Shown piece after piece: positions 17,889 through 32,790 of a stretch of DNA of 64,000 nucleotides (position 1 is its first letter; every line of letters starts with the position of its first letter). The notes beneath the pieces are model-generated. The model saw only the letters and a program-made list of their open reading frames with translations, did no database searches and was not told where the DNA came from. Made by a program: the position numbers and the translations under genes. The DNA comes from the human T2T-CHM13v2.0 reference genome, Homo sapiens, in the NCBI RefSeq assembly GCF_009914755.1, contig NC_060946.1; one strand, given 5' to 3'.

Positions 17889-18959
17889 CTAAACACAAAA
17901 TTTTTGTGCAAAGCATGAATTAAACCTAAATTAGTTGAGACTTGACAAATTACTCTTTATCCAACATTTCTTCCGTGACAAACGTACAAAAAAATGTAAA
18001 AAAATACATTAAAATCAACCCCCTAAATTACCATATACATTTTTAAAGAGCCACTGATTTATTTTTGTCATACACTAATATAATTGCCAAAGTATCAAAT
18101 TTCTTTTAAAAAGCTTTGATTTCACACGGATGAACCTTGGGAACATTATGCTAAGTGAAAGAAGCTAATCGTAAAAGGCCACATATTCTAAAACTCCATT
18201 TACAGAAAATATCCAGAATAGGCAAATCTACAGAGACAAAGTAGATTCGTGGTTGCCTAGGGTTGGAGAAGCGGGGGGAAGAGAGACAAGAAAGGTGGGG
18301 GGTTGTTAGAGGCAGAGATAGCTAAAGGATACCGGCTTTTTTTCTCAATTGATGAAATTGTTCTGAAACTGATGGTGGTGATGGTTGCACAACTCTGTGA
18401 ATATGCTAACAACAGTCACTGAATTGGACACTTTGAATGCGTGAATTGTATGGTATGTAATTATATATTATAGTAACAGTTATCCCCCAAAAGCTTTCAT
18501 TCTAAAGCTACATGTCCCCTCCAAATAAAGGTATGAGGTACACAATTTTGCTTCACGAAAATATAACTTTTTTCTTATTATAATTAAGCATGACAGAAAA
18601 ATAACATGGGGGAAGAGCCAGTTTTTATAAACCACCTAATAATGAGAGCAATATGAGCATTATAAATCATATACACACAAACACCAACTCATCAATTTCC
18701 AAAGTAATGGATAATATAGTCAATAGTAATAGTTGAAGGAACTGTCCATATTTTAAAATTTTATTTTATCTATGGGTTCCATCTTCTGCCCAAGACATTC
18801 TTTAATTAGAATACCTAACAAAATAGCAAAATGAATGGTTTCCATGTTAATTTTTCTCTACCTCTGTTGCTCCTTTTCTGAAAATTCTGTGAAACACCCT
18901 GATGAAGGGAGAAAGAGCAAGAAAAGATAAAGAAATGGTCTTTGCAACAAACAGTCTCT

Positions 18960-19170
18960 AGCAGTGCTGCCCAGTATTTCTGTGATGATGGAAACATTTT
19001 CTCTCTGCTGTCCAACAGAGTAAGTACCTGTCATATGTGGCTACTGGGTACCTGCAATGTGGCTACTATATGATTGAGGAACTAAACTGTATTTAATTTT
19101 AATTATGTTAAAATTTAAGTTAAAGAGTCACACGTAGCTAGTGGCTATCATATTACAAAGTACAGGTCTA
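18960..19170. mobile_element. MER3-like hAT-Charlie MITE
   Basis: Motifs TTTCTGTGATGATGGAAAC..TGCTGTCCAA..ATGTGGCTACTG. Confidence 0.65.
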
Positions 19171-19306
19171 GATAAACCACAACTAAATATCAGTTTTCAG
19201 ACAACTATATGCTTACTTTACTGAGTGACTCGTGAAAGATTACCAAAGAGAAGGACATATATTTAGCAGATCAGTTAATAGACAAAAGTCAACTTTACAG
19301 ACTTAC

Positions 19307-19390
19307 CTGGCCATCTTCCATTTGGGCTTTTGGATAGCTAAGGATTAGTTTTGTTGCTTGTTCCCATTTTGCATGTGTATCTTCCCAAGT
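19307..19390 (-). pseudogene. NF1P: NF1P exon equivalent to NF1 exon 20 (15)
   Basis: TWEDTHAKWEQATKLILSYPKAQMEDGQ; 84 nt; AG/GT. Confidence 0.95.
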
Positions 19391-19623
19391 CTAAAATGAA
19401 GACAGTTATCACTTGAAAGCAACTTTAAGTCTAGAGCTAAACATCAATCAGCAACAGCCAAGCTTCAAACTTGATATATATTAAGTACTCAGATATTATA
19501 CTTGTAATATGCACGTATCTTGGATTTACTTCAAAGCTATTCCTGATCACACATATGTAACAAGAGGCTTCCAAAATCGAGCGTGGGTGCCTGGGAGAGG
19601 TGTTTTTGTTGCTTAGAGCACAC

Positions 19624-19696
19624 CTCAGTGTTTCCTGCAGTGGGATGCTCAGTGCGCCTCAGCAGTGCCATCACTCTTTCGGAAGTGCTGCTGTGC
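19624..19696 (-). pseudogene. NF1P: NF1P exon equivalent to NF1 exon 19 (14)
   Basis: ..RVMALLRRTEHPTAGNTE; 73 nt (1-nt deletion); AG/GT. Confidence 0.93.
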
Positions 19697-20306
19697 CTAA
19701 GCAACTACAACAGCAAATCAAGTTACTGCACTTAGAGCCCTGCCTGCCAATGGACAACCTGATAAGCCCACCCAAAAGGCAGAGTAGGAGGAGCAGAGCA
19801 AATGCCTCAAATGATAAAGCCAAAAACTTCCGTTCACTAACCTCACAGGAAAGGTACTTATCTTAGACTCTACAATGTCCACAGCATAAAATAGCTATTC
19901 CCACCTATAATTTACTCAAAACAAATGCCAATGTGTGTAAACTTCACTATCCATAACATACGGAGTTATGGATAACATAAATTACATAGTCATATGTAAT
20001 TTGACTATGTATATGGATAACATAAATTACATAGTCATACAAACGTAAATTACATAGTCATAACTGATAGTAACACGTACTGCCAGTTAATTTTAAAATC
20101 TATAGCACATTAAAAACTCAGTGGGAGACTAACAATTTATTTCAAACGCTTTTTATTTTCATCTTACTTTGTTCAGAAAAGGATTTCAAGTAAGCTACTT
20201 GAATTTCTCCTGTAAACTTACAGAAGTGTAATCTTAAATACATTCTCACAATCAGATGCCATGTGCTTTAGGGAGGTTGAGTAAAAAAACCACTATTCAT
20301 ATTTAC

Positions 20307-20555
20307 CTGTTGACATCACATTGCTGACAGGCAAACTCCATGAATGTGTTAAGAGTTGGGCAAGAGGTTACGCACCGACACTTCGTCCACCCCACACCGG
20401 GTATCTGCTTCCTCACAGAGGTGGCGGAAACAGGACATGGCAACCAGAACAGCTTCAGTGTCAGGGTTCCGCAGAAACATGTACAGGGCCACTTCTAGAC
20501 TGGTCTGCGCTTGTCAGCAAGTCAGGGGGGTTCCGCTGCATCCTGCTGCACTATC
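20307..20555 (-). pseudogene. NF1P: NF1P exon equivalent to NF1 exon 18 (13)
   Basis: DSAAGCSGTPLTC*QAQT..LEVALYMFL..; TGA at 20514-20516; indels. Confidence 0.95.
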
Positions 20556-21712
20556 CTGAGAGTCAAGGGTGGTAGACATATATTTGCAACTTGGGTAATT
20601 TTATGTATAAAACCCAACAATGCAATAAACTGCGTGTGTGTGTGTGTGTGTCCACATATATCTCAGCATACAATAACTCATAAGAGCTTTCTCCTTTAAT
20701 CATTATATGAATTTTTCAAACCCCAAAATATCTTGTCCAAATGAGAAATGAGATTATCTGGACCAACATAAAGCTACTATCTGTCCAATTTCAAATAAAA
20801 TAGGTATTATCCTATTCCAGATTCCAGAAATGGAAACCGATTCTAACACGGACAGGTAAAACACCATAACATAAATCTACTGCAGTAACTATATAATGTA
20901 CTTCCCAGTCAATTACAAATGACAAAAACAGAGGAAGTAACAGGAAATTCTATCTACTTGCTCTAGGGAAGTAATAAAATAAGTACACTGCGACACTCAT
21001 TGAAACAAGGGCATAAACAAGAACAAAATATTGCTGTAGAAGATAGACTTGATTCTGAATGACCTATTCCCCAAACATGAAATGGAGAAAATAATTGACA
21101 AAATACATTCAAATTCTGCAAGTAAAACAGACAATAATAAATAGCATACTGCTTAGATTTTTTTTCTTTAACAAGGCTATATTAAAAATTAGGGATGAAA
21201 AAAGTTTTGGTTTGGAAAATAAACTCTTCTGTAATGACCCGATATTTTCACTTGAAATATGATTTATATTTAAAGGAAATTATACACACAAATGCAAATC
21301 ACAGAAACACTTATCTTTAACATGAAACAAAATATTTTGTTTTTATCCCTGTACATCTGTACCTTTGTTAGCTGGTACAAATTCTATACTTCTATGCTAT
21401 GAATGGTTTTTCATGAGGTGGAGGTTATCAGATACAGCTTGTATGTGTCAAGTGCTATTTACACATTTTTTTATTTAACCCTCACAACAACTCTGGAGCA
21501 GGAATTATTATTGTCCCCATTTTAAAGTTGAGGAATTGAGGAACAAGGATGTTAAGAACTTGCCCAAAATTCCATAAAGAGCAGTGATAGAACTAGAGTC
21601 TAAGCAGTTTTTCACTATTACTCTATATTACCTGGATGAAATTTACCAAAGTTCATTCAGAAAACAAATAGAGCACACGAGATGATACAGGAAAATTACA
21701 AAAGAAGCAGAC

Positions 21713-21867
21713 CATAGAGGAGTTCCCTTTTCCCTTCTGGAGAGAGGCTCAGGAGTACATAGTGACACTTCATGACCCATGGACATTTGATTGGTATTTC
21801 CACTAGAAGGAGTATCACATCCTACTCCATAAAAAAGGAGAAAGTGACATGAACTTCTATCTGCCTG
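21713..21867 (-). pseudogene. NF1P: NF1P exon equivalent to NF1 exon 17 (12b)
   Basis: QADRSSCHFLLFYGVGCDTPSSGNTNQMSM..KGKGNSSM; 1-nt deletion; AG/GT. Confidence 0.94.
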
Positions 21868-23387
21868 CTAGAAAAAAGAAGGAAAGAAGCTTTACTGACG
21901 CACTGACAACCAAGAGGAATAAACACTTATATCGGTTGTCTTCCTGTTTGAGACTCTCCTAGAAAACCTCTCCTCTCAATCTCTATGCCCCACCTTGAAG
22001 GAAATTCACTAGAAACCCATTAGAACAAATAATGTTCACTTAATGTCTTTAAAATTTCTTTCAGTTTCCCATTCTCTAAATAATCAGAAACAGTAGATTC
22101 TACAAATATAAAGTAAGTCTAACATAAACATAAGTAAAACATCAACAATGTAAATCCACTGTATGAAAACTATAATTTGGTCTCAATGACAAAGATTTTT
22201 TTTCTGCAAGATTTTATCCGTGCCATGTTGGGATAACTAGAAATTGACTCTTGAGATTAAGTTCTTCTGGACCAGTAATTAACCCTGGTATATACACCAA
22301 CTATATCACAAGAGTGACTGTGCTGACCAGGGCACTACGAATTCATTACTGGATTCCTCATACTCATATTCTGGAGATTATGCCATAGGCAAGGGCACGA
22401 AAGTCTGAAGTCTAATCTCTTTCCAATCTTTGGAATAATGCCAAATTCAGCTACATTAACACATCAAATAAGCCAGATGTGAATAAACCCACTTCACCAT
22501 TAGTCTATTTCTAAACAGAGACAATTTATTAATAACAAGCTGTATAATACTGAAAAGGATATGAGTTTCATACATTTAAGGTTTTTCACAGCTATGCTTC
22601 TAGTACCAGATAAAAATTCATTAAATCAAGTACTCCTAAAACTAGGCCATAATAGAATTCCTAAATTGATTAACTATAGAAACTATATGTTAAAAGAAAT
22701 GTAAGACTCTTCTCTATCTGCCACAACCTCACCATGTTTCAATAGTGCAGAATCAAAAAATTTCACTCCACCCCAAGAAGTGTCGTGAAATTTTCAAGAT
22801 GTGAAACCCTTATTGGAGGCATAGAAATAAACCTAGATTGAGGACCCTCAACCTTTTCCCTTTTGCTTCTTGATAGATAATTCTCTGGACTAGTCTAGCC
22901 ACGACATCTAGGCCTTTATGATTTCTCAGAGCTATGATTCTAGAACTGGACAAAAAACTCATTAAATCAAGTACTCCCAAATCTATGCCATAATAGAATT
23001 CTTAGATTAATTATAGAAGCTATATGTTAAATTTTACGTATGAATTATGTCTATGTGTGAACTTGAGAGTAAAGATAGAATATGCTCCTCAAGCTACTTT
23101 GGTTATAGCAGCCCCCACTTTTCCTAGGCCTGTCCCATAGAGACCTATTTAACTCAAACTAGAACTAGAATTCATCAACAGTGTGGTTTTACGGCCAAAG
23201 CTTCAGAATAATTTTTAAAATGCTAATTTGCCAGCCCTTGTCCTCTGCACATATATATCCTTTTGAGAACCTTGGGGGGAAGGAGGAGCTGAAATAGAAA
23301 CTAATTTGGCTATAAAACACTTTCTTAATCTCTCCCCATCACCATTCCAAATATTCTCCCATTTTTTAAAGATGTCATTTCGTTTAT

Positions 23388-23512
23388 CTTATTTTTAAGA
23401 AAAAAATTTATTCCTGCAGATCAAAATTTCCTGCAACCACTTGAGAATTTCTGTGCTACTAAGCATTTAATGACTAGTTAATTTCTTGCAGATGTAAAAA
23501 TACACTTGTGAG
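23388..23512 (-). pseudogene. NF1P: NF1P exon equivalent to NF1 exon 16 (12a)
   Basis: SQVYFYICKKLTSH*MLSSTEILKWLQEILICRNK; donor GT>AT. Confidence 0.93.
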
Positions 23513-23891
23513 CTGCAGTAACATAAAATTTATTGTCACTAGCATCAACAATAACCTAATGCAGATATAACCAGACATAAGAACGGCATTCTCCCATAAT
23601 GAATACCAGCTTAGAGAAGCTTAGTTATGTTAAGCATGTCAGTTGAATGATACGGAAATTAAGAAGAAAGAGAAATGTTAAGAAATGGTAAGGGCAATTA
23701 AGAATCTGATCTAATTATATCAGTATTCATTATACATTAGGTTTCTTAGAGACGTCTTAGTTTTCAGTTACGATCAGAAAGGATCAGTAAGTGCTCTTGA
23801 GCTAAAAATTACCCTCAAGGTCTTGGCGTTTCAGTTAAACCAAATGAACTTAGTGTGGTAATTTTGACGTATTTCATAAAAAAACACTTAC

Positions 23892-24026
23892 ACAAAGCAA
23901 GAGCTCTGGATCTGCATGAATTAGTTTCACCATGGACAAGAGAAGATACTTACAGCTTCTTGTCTCCAAGCCTGTAGGTTTTTCTTTAAATTTAAGGCTT
24001 GTTACTTTTTCTTTAAATATAAGACT
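23892..24026 (-). pseudogene. NF1P: NF1P exon equivalent to NF1 exon 13 (10b)
   Basis: SLIFKEKVTSLKFKEKPTGLETRSCKYLLLSMVKLIHADPELLLC; 135 nt; AG/GT. Confidence 0.95.
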
Positions 24027-25518
24027 CTAAAAACAAAACAAAAACATGGTATCAGACATAAGACTCAGGATAATAGCTATCCAACCTTTTAAAAGAAATT
24101 TATTATGAGAAAACTTTGAAAAAAGCTATTTTTATACTACCAAATGTGTGGTATAAGTAGAAACACTCAATAGTAAGCATAAGGTCAGTATTATTAAGCT
24201 TACAAAATGGAAATTGTTTTTGCACCATTTATATTATTTTTTAATCAATCTAATGAAACAATGAAAATCTACTACAATACTCAAAGCTTAATATCAGGTT
24301 GTAAAAAGCCTCCTATTTAAAAAACTATTTTCCAAAATGTAAAAACATAAGGGAAAAAATATTTGGTCTATAGTTCTCACAAATCTCCACACCGGGTAAC
24401 TCATTAACAAACACTCCCCACACATATACGCAAGTATTTCACAGACTCTACAGTATTGTCCGTTTTAAGATGCAGCATTATTTGATGTCCCAAAAGGAAT
24501 GAAAACACACTGTCAATTGTAAGACACCATCTAAAATAAGATACACTCCCAATTTCAGAGAAGAGTAAAAATAAGTGCTCCTTAGAATTAATGAAATATG
24601 TTATCTAGACAATCTCTGTATTTACTAGTTTAATTGTAAAATCTGCTTTTTCCTTCGATGGCACTCCATCTCTTTTGAGTTACAGAATGCACGCATTTTG
24701 CCTGAAGAACATTCATAAAACAGAAAGAATTCAGAGAAAGGTAAAACTTATGGAAAATATGTTTCCATTACAGAGACATAGGATGAATTAAAATAATCAT
24801 AGATGTTTTTCAACCAAAAATCCAACAATTATATTCTAGATCTAATATCACCTATTATTATAACATATTTCCTTCCTTTTCTTCTTTAAAAGAACACAAA
24901 ACTATCTGATTTTGACATGAATGCCTTTATGTAAACATATATATAACATAGAAATAGTAGACTGTGTACCAACTGTGGACCCATAATACAAATGTCCAAG
25001 TAAACGGGCTGTCTTTCAAAGTTAAAAAGCGGACATGCATATCTACAACACAAATGAACCATCTTCTGTGTTTAAGTGAAATATGCGTTTGTTATTATAC
25101 CCAAGAACACTGAAGGGCTGTAGTCCTCAGAAGGGAAGAATAGCTATTTAAATGCACACATTTATATTCAAGAATGTCACAACAGAAGAGAAATAGCAAA
25201 ACTTACAAATAGTTTGCTTTTATATTTATAACTGCCCCTTAACCCCTAGGCAAATGTTTTACTAAATGATTTAACAAATGCTGGTTTTACTGTTTGCTCT
25301 CTTTCAACTGTATTTTTTCCTCACTCTAAGTTGAGGTGTTTCACCTTAGATCAAGCTGAAACTTTGATTAAACAAATGTATTTACTTTGACGTAACTAAG
25401 TGTAACTATCAAACGACTCTTCTCTAATGCAGCCATTGCACAGGAAGATAAGATCAGAGAACAAGTAGTAGATATCAGAATTTTTCCTTATTTAAGAATA
25501 ATTTCCAAAAAAAGTAAA

Positions 25519-26582
<1,064 letters not shown>

Positions 26583-26619
26583 TAGATCCTGAGTATGAGA
26601 AAAAAAACAAGTATTGAAA

Positions 26620-29600
26620 GAGGCATCCTGTGCCCTGGACTCAGAGGCTTCCCTAGGGGGTGCCCCACTTGCCCAAAGCAGTGCAGCCTGAACCCAAAAC
26701 TGTGAGCAGAGAGTCCCATGTGTGTTTGAAGGGTTTCCTATGTCCTCTGTGTTCTCCTATAGAAAGCAGCAGGGGTGTGTCGAGCACACACAAGACGCGC
26801 TAACAACAACCTGAGCACAACCTCATGCTGCTGAGATGCACCCGGACCCTGGACAGGCCGTGGTGAGAGCAGCCCGAGGATCGTGGCTGGGGACTGTGTC
26901 TGGCTTCATGGAGGAAGTCACATGGAGTGCCTTCTCCAAGAAGACAGCCAACTCCCTGCAGGCAGCACACTCCACTGCGCACCTATCAGTCTGTACAAGT
27001 GTGGGATTTCATTTGGCAGATCCCCAAGGCAGGAGAGAAAAGGAGGAAAGCTAACCTAACTCCAGGCTCTCCATGGACGCCAACATCTAGAAGTGTCTGA
27101 CAGGAGGCATGCATCCTTGGCCCCGATGAGGCTGCGGGCCATCCCTGCAGTCCTGGCTAGGCAGCCGAGAGGCAGGCCTTGTGGATGCTCTGGGCACAGG
27201 TGCTGAGCAAGGTGGTAACCTAGTGCTTGTCCGGGAGCTGCAGCTGCCTGGAGGTCACGCGGTGGTGCATCGACCTGAGGAAGGGGTTGGTGCCTGCAAC
27301 CGAACAGTGGGCATGAGCCTGAGGCAGCTGGCGCTGCACCCACGCCCTGCACACCCGGCAGTGCTCTGGGAAGTGGCAGCCCCAGGACTGGCTGAAGCAC
27401 CAGGAGGATCCCTGCACGCTGCCTGCCTGGCCATCAGGCTCTCCTCCCGGAGCCTCATCATCAGTGAAGAACTGAATCTGAACGGGATTTGGAGCTCAAG
27501 GCTTTGCCTCTGACAACCTTGGGGACCCAGCCCTGGCTCTGCTATGTGCCAGCTCTGGGCTCAGGGAGACTGACTCCTGTCAACATGACTCTCTTTGGAG
27601 ACACATCACCCAGATGGGGTCTTGTGTGCCCAAGCTACTGGTAGGACCTGTCAGCTCCACTGAGCTCCCTAGTGGCCTCTGGGAAAAGCGGGGTCTGTCC
27701 TTGAGGCGTAGGGTTTCTCACCCCTCAGCCACTGAACACAGCCACCCTGGAAAGCTGACCGGACACAAGATGAAGGGGCAAAGGGACACAGAAGAGCAGA
27801 GACTCCTATCTCTCAGGTTACCACTGGAACCTGAGAGATTCCACACAGGAGGAGCCAGAAGAGGGGAGGAAGGGGCCTGAGCCGGGGAGGGGCACAGAGG
27901 CTGTCCCTGCAGCACTAGAAGCTTGGTTTTCCAGAATGACCCCTGCCTGCCCTGGGCCCCCAGACAGCTCCTCTGGGTCTGCCCACTGTATAGCCACTGC
28001 CAGTCCATCCACAGTGGACTCTGGGCAGGGTAGTGGGTGGGCACATGGTGGCACACTTGGGAGGTCCTTGTCGTTTGCAACACACAAGGCTGTACCTGTG
28101 ACCCGGACGAGCCCTGGCCTGCCCCGCCTCACAGCCCTGCTCCCGAACAGGACTCTTCACACCCCGGGAGGTTCTGGTGAGGCTTGCGGCAAAGCCTGGA
28201 TGTCTCTCTGACTCTCAGATTTCCAAACCTGAAGCCCAGAGTGCCCTGCGTCAATGGGTGCCCAGAGGTCCTGCCTGTCACCTCCCTAGGGCCCCAGGCA
28301 AGCAGAGCCGTATCTGTGTTGGGGAGATGAGGGTGCGTGGGGGCAGAGGCATGGCCAGTCTGTCCTGGGCTCCGTGTATGTGAAGACAAAGCAGACAGCC
28401 TGCTGGGGTGTGAACACAGGGTGGGGTCTGGGCACGGTGCCCTCCGGCTCGGATGGCAGAGACCTGGTGCTGTGGACAAGGCTTCCTAACTTGTGCCGGC
28501 CTGGCCCTCCTGGACGCTCGCCCAGCTTGCAGACCAGGTGGACGGTGCCATTGTTGCTGCAGCGAGAAGAGTCCAGGTTTATCATGCACTTGGGGTCCAG
28601 CCTGGCCACCTCGCCCTGGAGCATGCTGGGGATGCTCTGCCGCTCATCGTCCTCAAGCCTGTGCTTCCGGGTGCACACCACTGTGGACGTGAGGAGGCAG
28701 CATGGTGACCACAGTGGGCACACATGGTCCAGGGCTGGCCATCCGCCCTCTGTAAAGCCCAGCCCAGCTGGATGTATGTGATGAGTGGGCCGTGGATGGC
28801 AGTCATGGCTGGAGCGAATGTGCGGTACAGGGAATGGCTGAAGAGGGTGAGCAGATATTGGCTAGGACAGCATCCAGGAGCTGCTGGCATAGGTACTGCT
28901 GTTTGGTCAGCGGCACCAGGGGCAGCGGGCTGGCGGTAGGATGGGCACGGTCAGAAGCCCGGGACCTGAGGGTTCTCCATTTAGGGGGCCTTCCTACCTC
29001 TGGCCAGTCCTCACTCACAGCCAGATTCCCGAGGCCTCTCTCTTAGCCTCCACCCTTGTGCAGACAATGTTGGCCGATCCTGGGTATAATCCCCACCCCC
29101 ACAGCCTTGTCCTCCCCAGAGTCCCTGCTGTCTCTGGACCGGGTGGCAGAGGCACCCACGGGGGCCACAGACAGAGGGTGACTTCTCCCACGTTCCCGCC
29201 CAGCACAGCAAACCTGGCCTGGAAGAGGCCTGGTGGGCAGGGTCTCAGATCAGGCCCAGCCCCCACCCAGCCTGACCATGAAGGCCCCTCCAGTGGTGCC
29301 CCCAGGAGCTCTTGAGGGAGCCCCGATCCCCCAGGGGTCCCCAGCATCCCACTCACCACCGCCATGTCATTCTTGAGTTTCTCCAGGGTGATCTCACACT
29401 TTGGCAAGGTCTTCAGGGGACCTGCAGAGAGAGGGGACTTGGGCTGAGCTCTGTGCTGGAGGGCTGGGAGACATGGCAGGTCTCAGGCTGGGATCTGGGA
29501 TCCCAACCACTGCCACTGGGCCTCGGCCCTCAGAAACCTCTGCAGGAGCTCCCTTCAGCTGACCAGCTGTTCCCAGACCCAGAGTCTAGGCAGGTGGCCC

Positions 29601-30987
29601 TCACCCCTAGGAGCTGCCCATCCCTGTTGGCAGTGAGGCAATGGGTCAAGAGAAGGGACAGTGGCCAGGACCCTGACCAGGCTGGAAAGGCCTCAGTTGC
29701 ACCTAGGCCAGTCCCTGTCCTGCTCAGTCCTATAACCCTAATGAAGAATCAACTCAAGAAGGCCTGGAGGACCACCCAATAGTGACTGGCATTCTATCCA
29801 GACAAGCAAAACAGAGAGACACTTCTAGACGGGGGTGGGGGGACACCCTGAGTTTAGGTGACAGGGAAGTATAGGCCAACGCCCATGCGGTTCTGAGGTG
29901 CTGCCCGAGCTCACAGCAGCCCGTGGCCGGTGGCCCTGCCTTCCACCTGCTTCTCACCAGCACCGTCTTGTTTCATTTTCATGACAGCACACATGGGCTG
30001 CAAATGGGGTAACTGAGATGCAGTCGCCTGTCCATGGTCACCGGGAAGTCAGGGGCAGAACTCCAGGTCATGCTCAGGCCCATCACGGCCAGCTGATGTT
30101 CAGGTCACTGCAAGCTGGGCCCCCAACTACTGGCTGGATGAGACCTGGCTGTGATGGGCCAGCATGAGGGCCACAGCAGTGGTCAGGAGTAGGGCAAAGG
30201 CTGGGCACCGGCCAAGATGAAGCCTGGGCTCGAAGCCCCAGCACACACCAGAGTGGAGACTTGGAGGCCTCTGTCCAGGGCCCAAAGAGCTGCCTGGGGC
30301 CTTTGCTAACCCCACATCATCACCAAATGCCCATCCATGGCTGGACGACCCACGCCCTTGTGGACCCTACGTTGGCTGTAGGCAAAACTCACTGCTTGGA
30401 GAGGTCTGTCACAATGTCCAGAAGGCTCTTCATCTTGCTCAGGTCCTTTTTTCTGTCTGGGACAGCAGAGGGGACCATAAGACACGAGCCTGGTGGCATC
30501 CCCAGGGCACTGGCCCCCACCCCGGCCGCAGCCCACCTTCACTCTTGTCGATCTTGTTGACCACGCGGTGCAGGGGCTTGATGTGCTTGGACAGCTGCTT
30601 CAGCGTGTCCCAGTACAGCTGCTCCTGGCCCGGCTGGAGCCGGCTGGACTCATGACAGAGCTGGGGTCACTGCAGGACTATGGGCGGGTGAGGCCTCAGC
30701 CCTAGACCCTCAGGCTGGGAGCTTGGGCTCTGAGGGCCCCAGAGCACGCATGAATGGTATGACCTGAGGCCTTTTAAAGGTGAGGGGTGACCTAGCACCT
30801 CAACCTGCCAGGCCGTGTACAGCTCACATGATGGAGCTGTGGGTCCCAGGCCTGGCTTAGCAGGTGTGTGTAAAGGACTAGGGGAGGGGACACTGGAGTT
30901 CTGTGGGGTTTGTGCTGTTTCTGGGTGCTGGGAAGGCTGCAGTGTGGAGCTGGGCAGGAAGCTACGGGGGACAGAGCAGGGCTGGAG
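26620..30987 (-). pseudogene. MED15P: Unprocessed MED15 pseudogene: last 8 exons (30861-30987, 30537-30669, 30393-30456, 29357-29421, 28778-28940, 28522-28688, 27987-28074, 27157-27293) plus partial 3' UTR
   Basis: Peptides QTPQNSSVPSP, RKKDLSKMKSLLDI, PLKTLPKCEITLEKLKNDMAV, TKQQYLCQQLLDAVLANI, VVCTRKHRLEDDERQSIPSMLQGEVARLDPK, DKDLPSVPP, NPFL..QLPDKH..ACLSAA*. Stops, frameshifts and broken splice sites. Confidence 0.95.
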
Positions 30988-31352
30988 CTGCAGCCAAGCG
31001 GGAGAAACATGGGAGCTGGGCCCAGGCAAGGCAGCCACCAAACTCACTCTGCAACAAACCACAGTGGTGACCAATCCCCATCCTCCTTCCCATGCCAGCT
31101 GGGCGGGACCTCACCCGAAACAAGGGGTGGGAAAACTGGCAAGACCAGCACCCTGAGCACAGAGCCAAGAGCACACACAGCTGGCATCCTGCTTCTGGAA
31201 GGTGATGGGATGCCAGCGAGACTGCAGGGTGGACACTTCCTTCAGCTAGAAGTCTTACGAGCATACCAGCTGGGTCTGCACCAGCTGAAAACACCGGCTG
31301 TTCCATGGCTGCTCACTTTCCAAATACCAAGAAATGGAAAGAAAAGGGAAGT

Positions 31353-32007
<655 letters not shown>

Positions 32008-32346
32008 TCATTTTCCTGCTGGGCTTGACCTGAGGTGTTTAGATGAAGTGAGGTCCTGGACAGGGGAGGGACGGTCCAAAGAGGCAAGAGCAGCAGCTTC
32101 CACTGGCTGGGCAGTCACTACATCCCACCACCAGGCTGGCTCTCAACACACACTACGTCTTTCCTCTGCATGAAAGACCAGGAAAAGGGAGCCCCCAGCA
32201 GGCCTGAGGACATGTGGAGACACACAGGGAAGTGTGGCAGTTGGGTTCCAACCTTGTCACACAAGGTGGTCAGCCTCCCCCAGCTGTAAGTGAACATAAC
32301 TTCTGTGGTGTGTTTCACACAAGACTCCATCTAAGAAAGAAGATGA

Positions 32347-32790
32347 CTGCTGGGCACGGTGGCTCACACCTGTAATCCCAGCACTTTGTTAGGCTGAGGA
32401 GGGCAGATCACCTGAGGTCAGGAGTTCGAGACCAGCCTGGCAAACATGGTGAAACCCAGTCTCTACTATACTTTTACTGATAAAGCAGACAATGAACATA
32501 ATGTATAGAAATCTTGAGCACAAATAGACATCAAAAGCACAAACAACAAAAGCAAAGATGTAATTACATTAAACTTGTCAAAAGTATAAGCAACAAAGGC
32601 AAATATGTAATTACATTAAACTTAAAACCTTCTGCAAAGCAGAGGAAGCAATCAGTAGAATGAAGAAACAACCCAGAGAATGGAACAAAATATTTGCAAA
32701 CTATGCATCAGCCAAGGGGTTAATACACAAAATATATAAAGAACTCAAACTACTCAAAAGCAAAAATACAAATAATCTGATTTAAAAAAA
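32347..32790 (+). mobile_element. Alu left arm (~32347-32469) fused to an L1 ORF2 3' fragment
   Basis: The Alu stops at CTCTACTA and is followed by L1-like sequence containing a ~45-bp tandem duplication. Confidence 0.75.
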
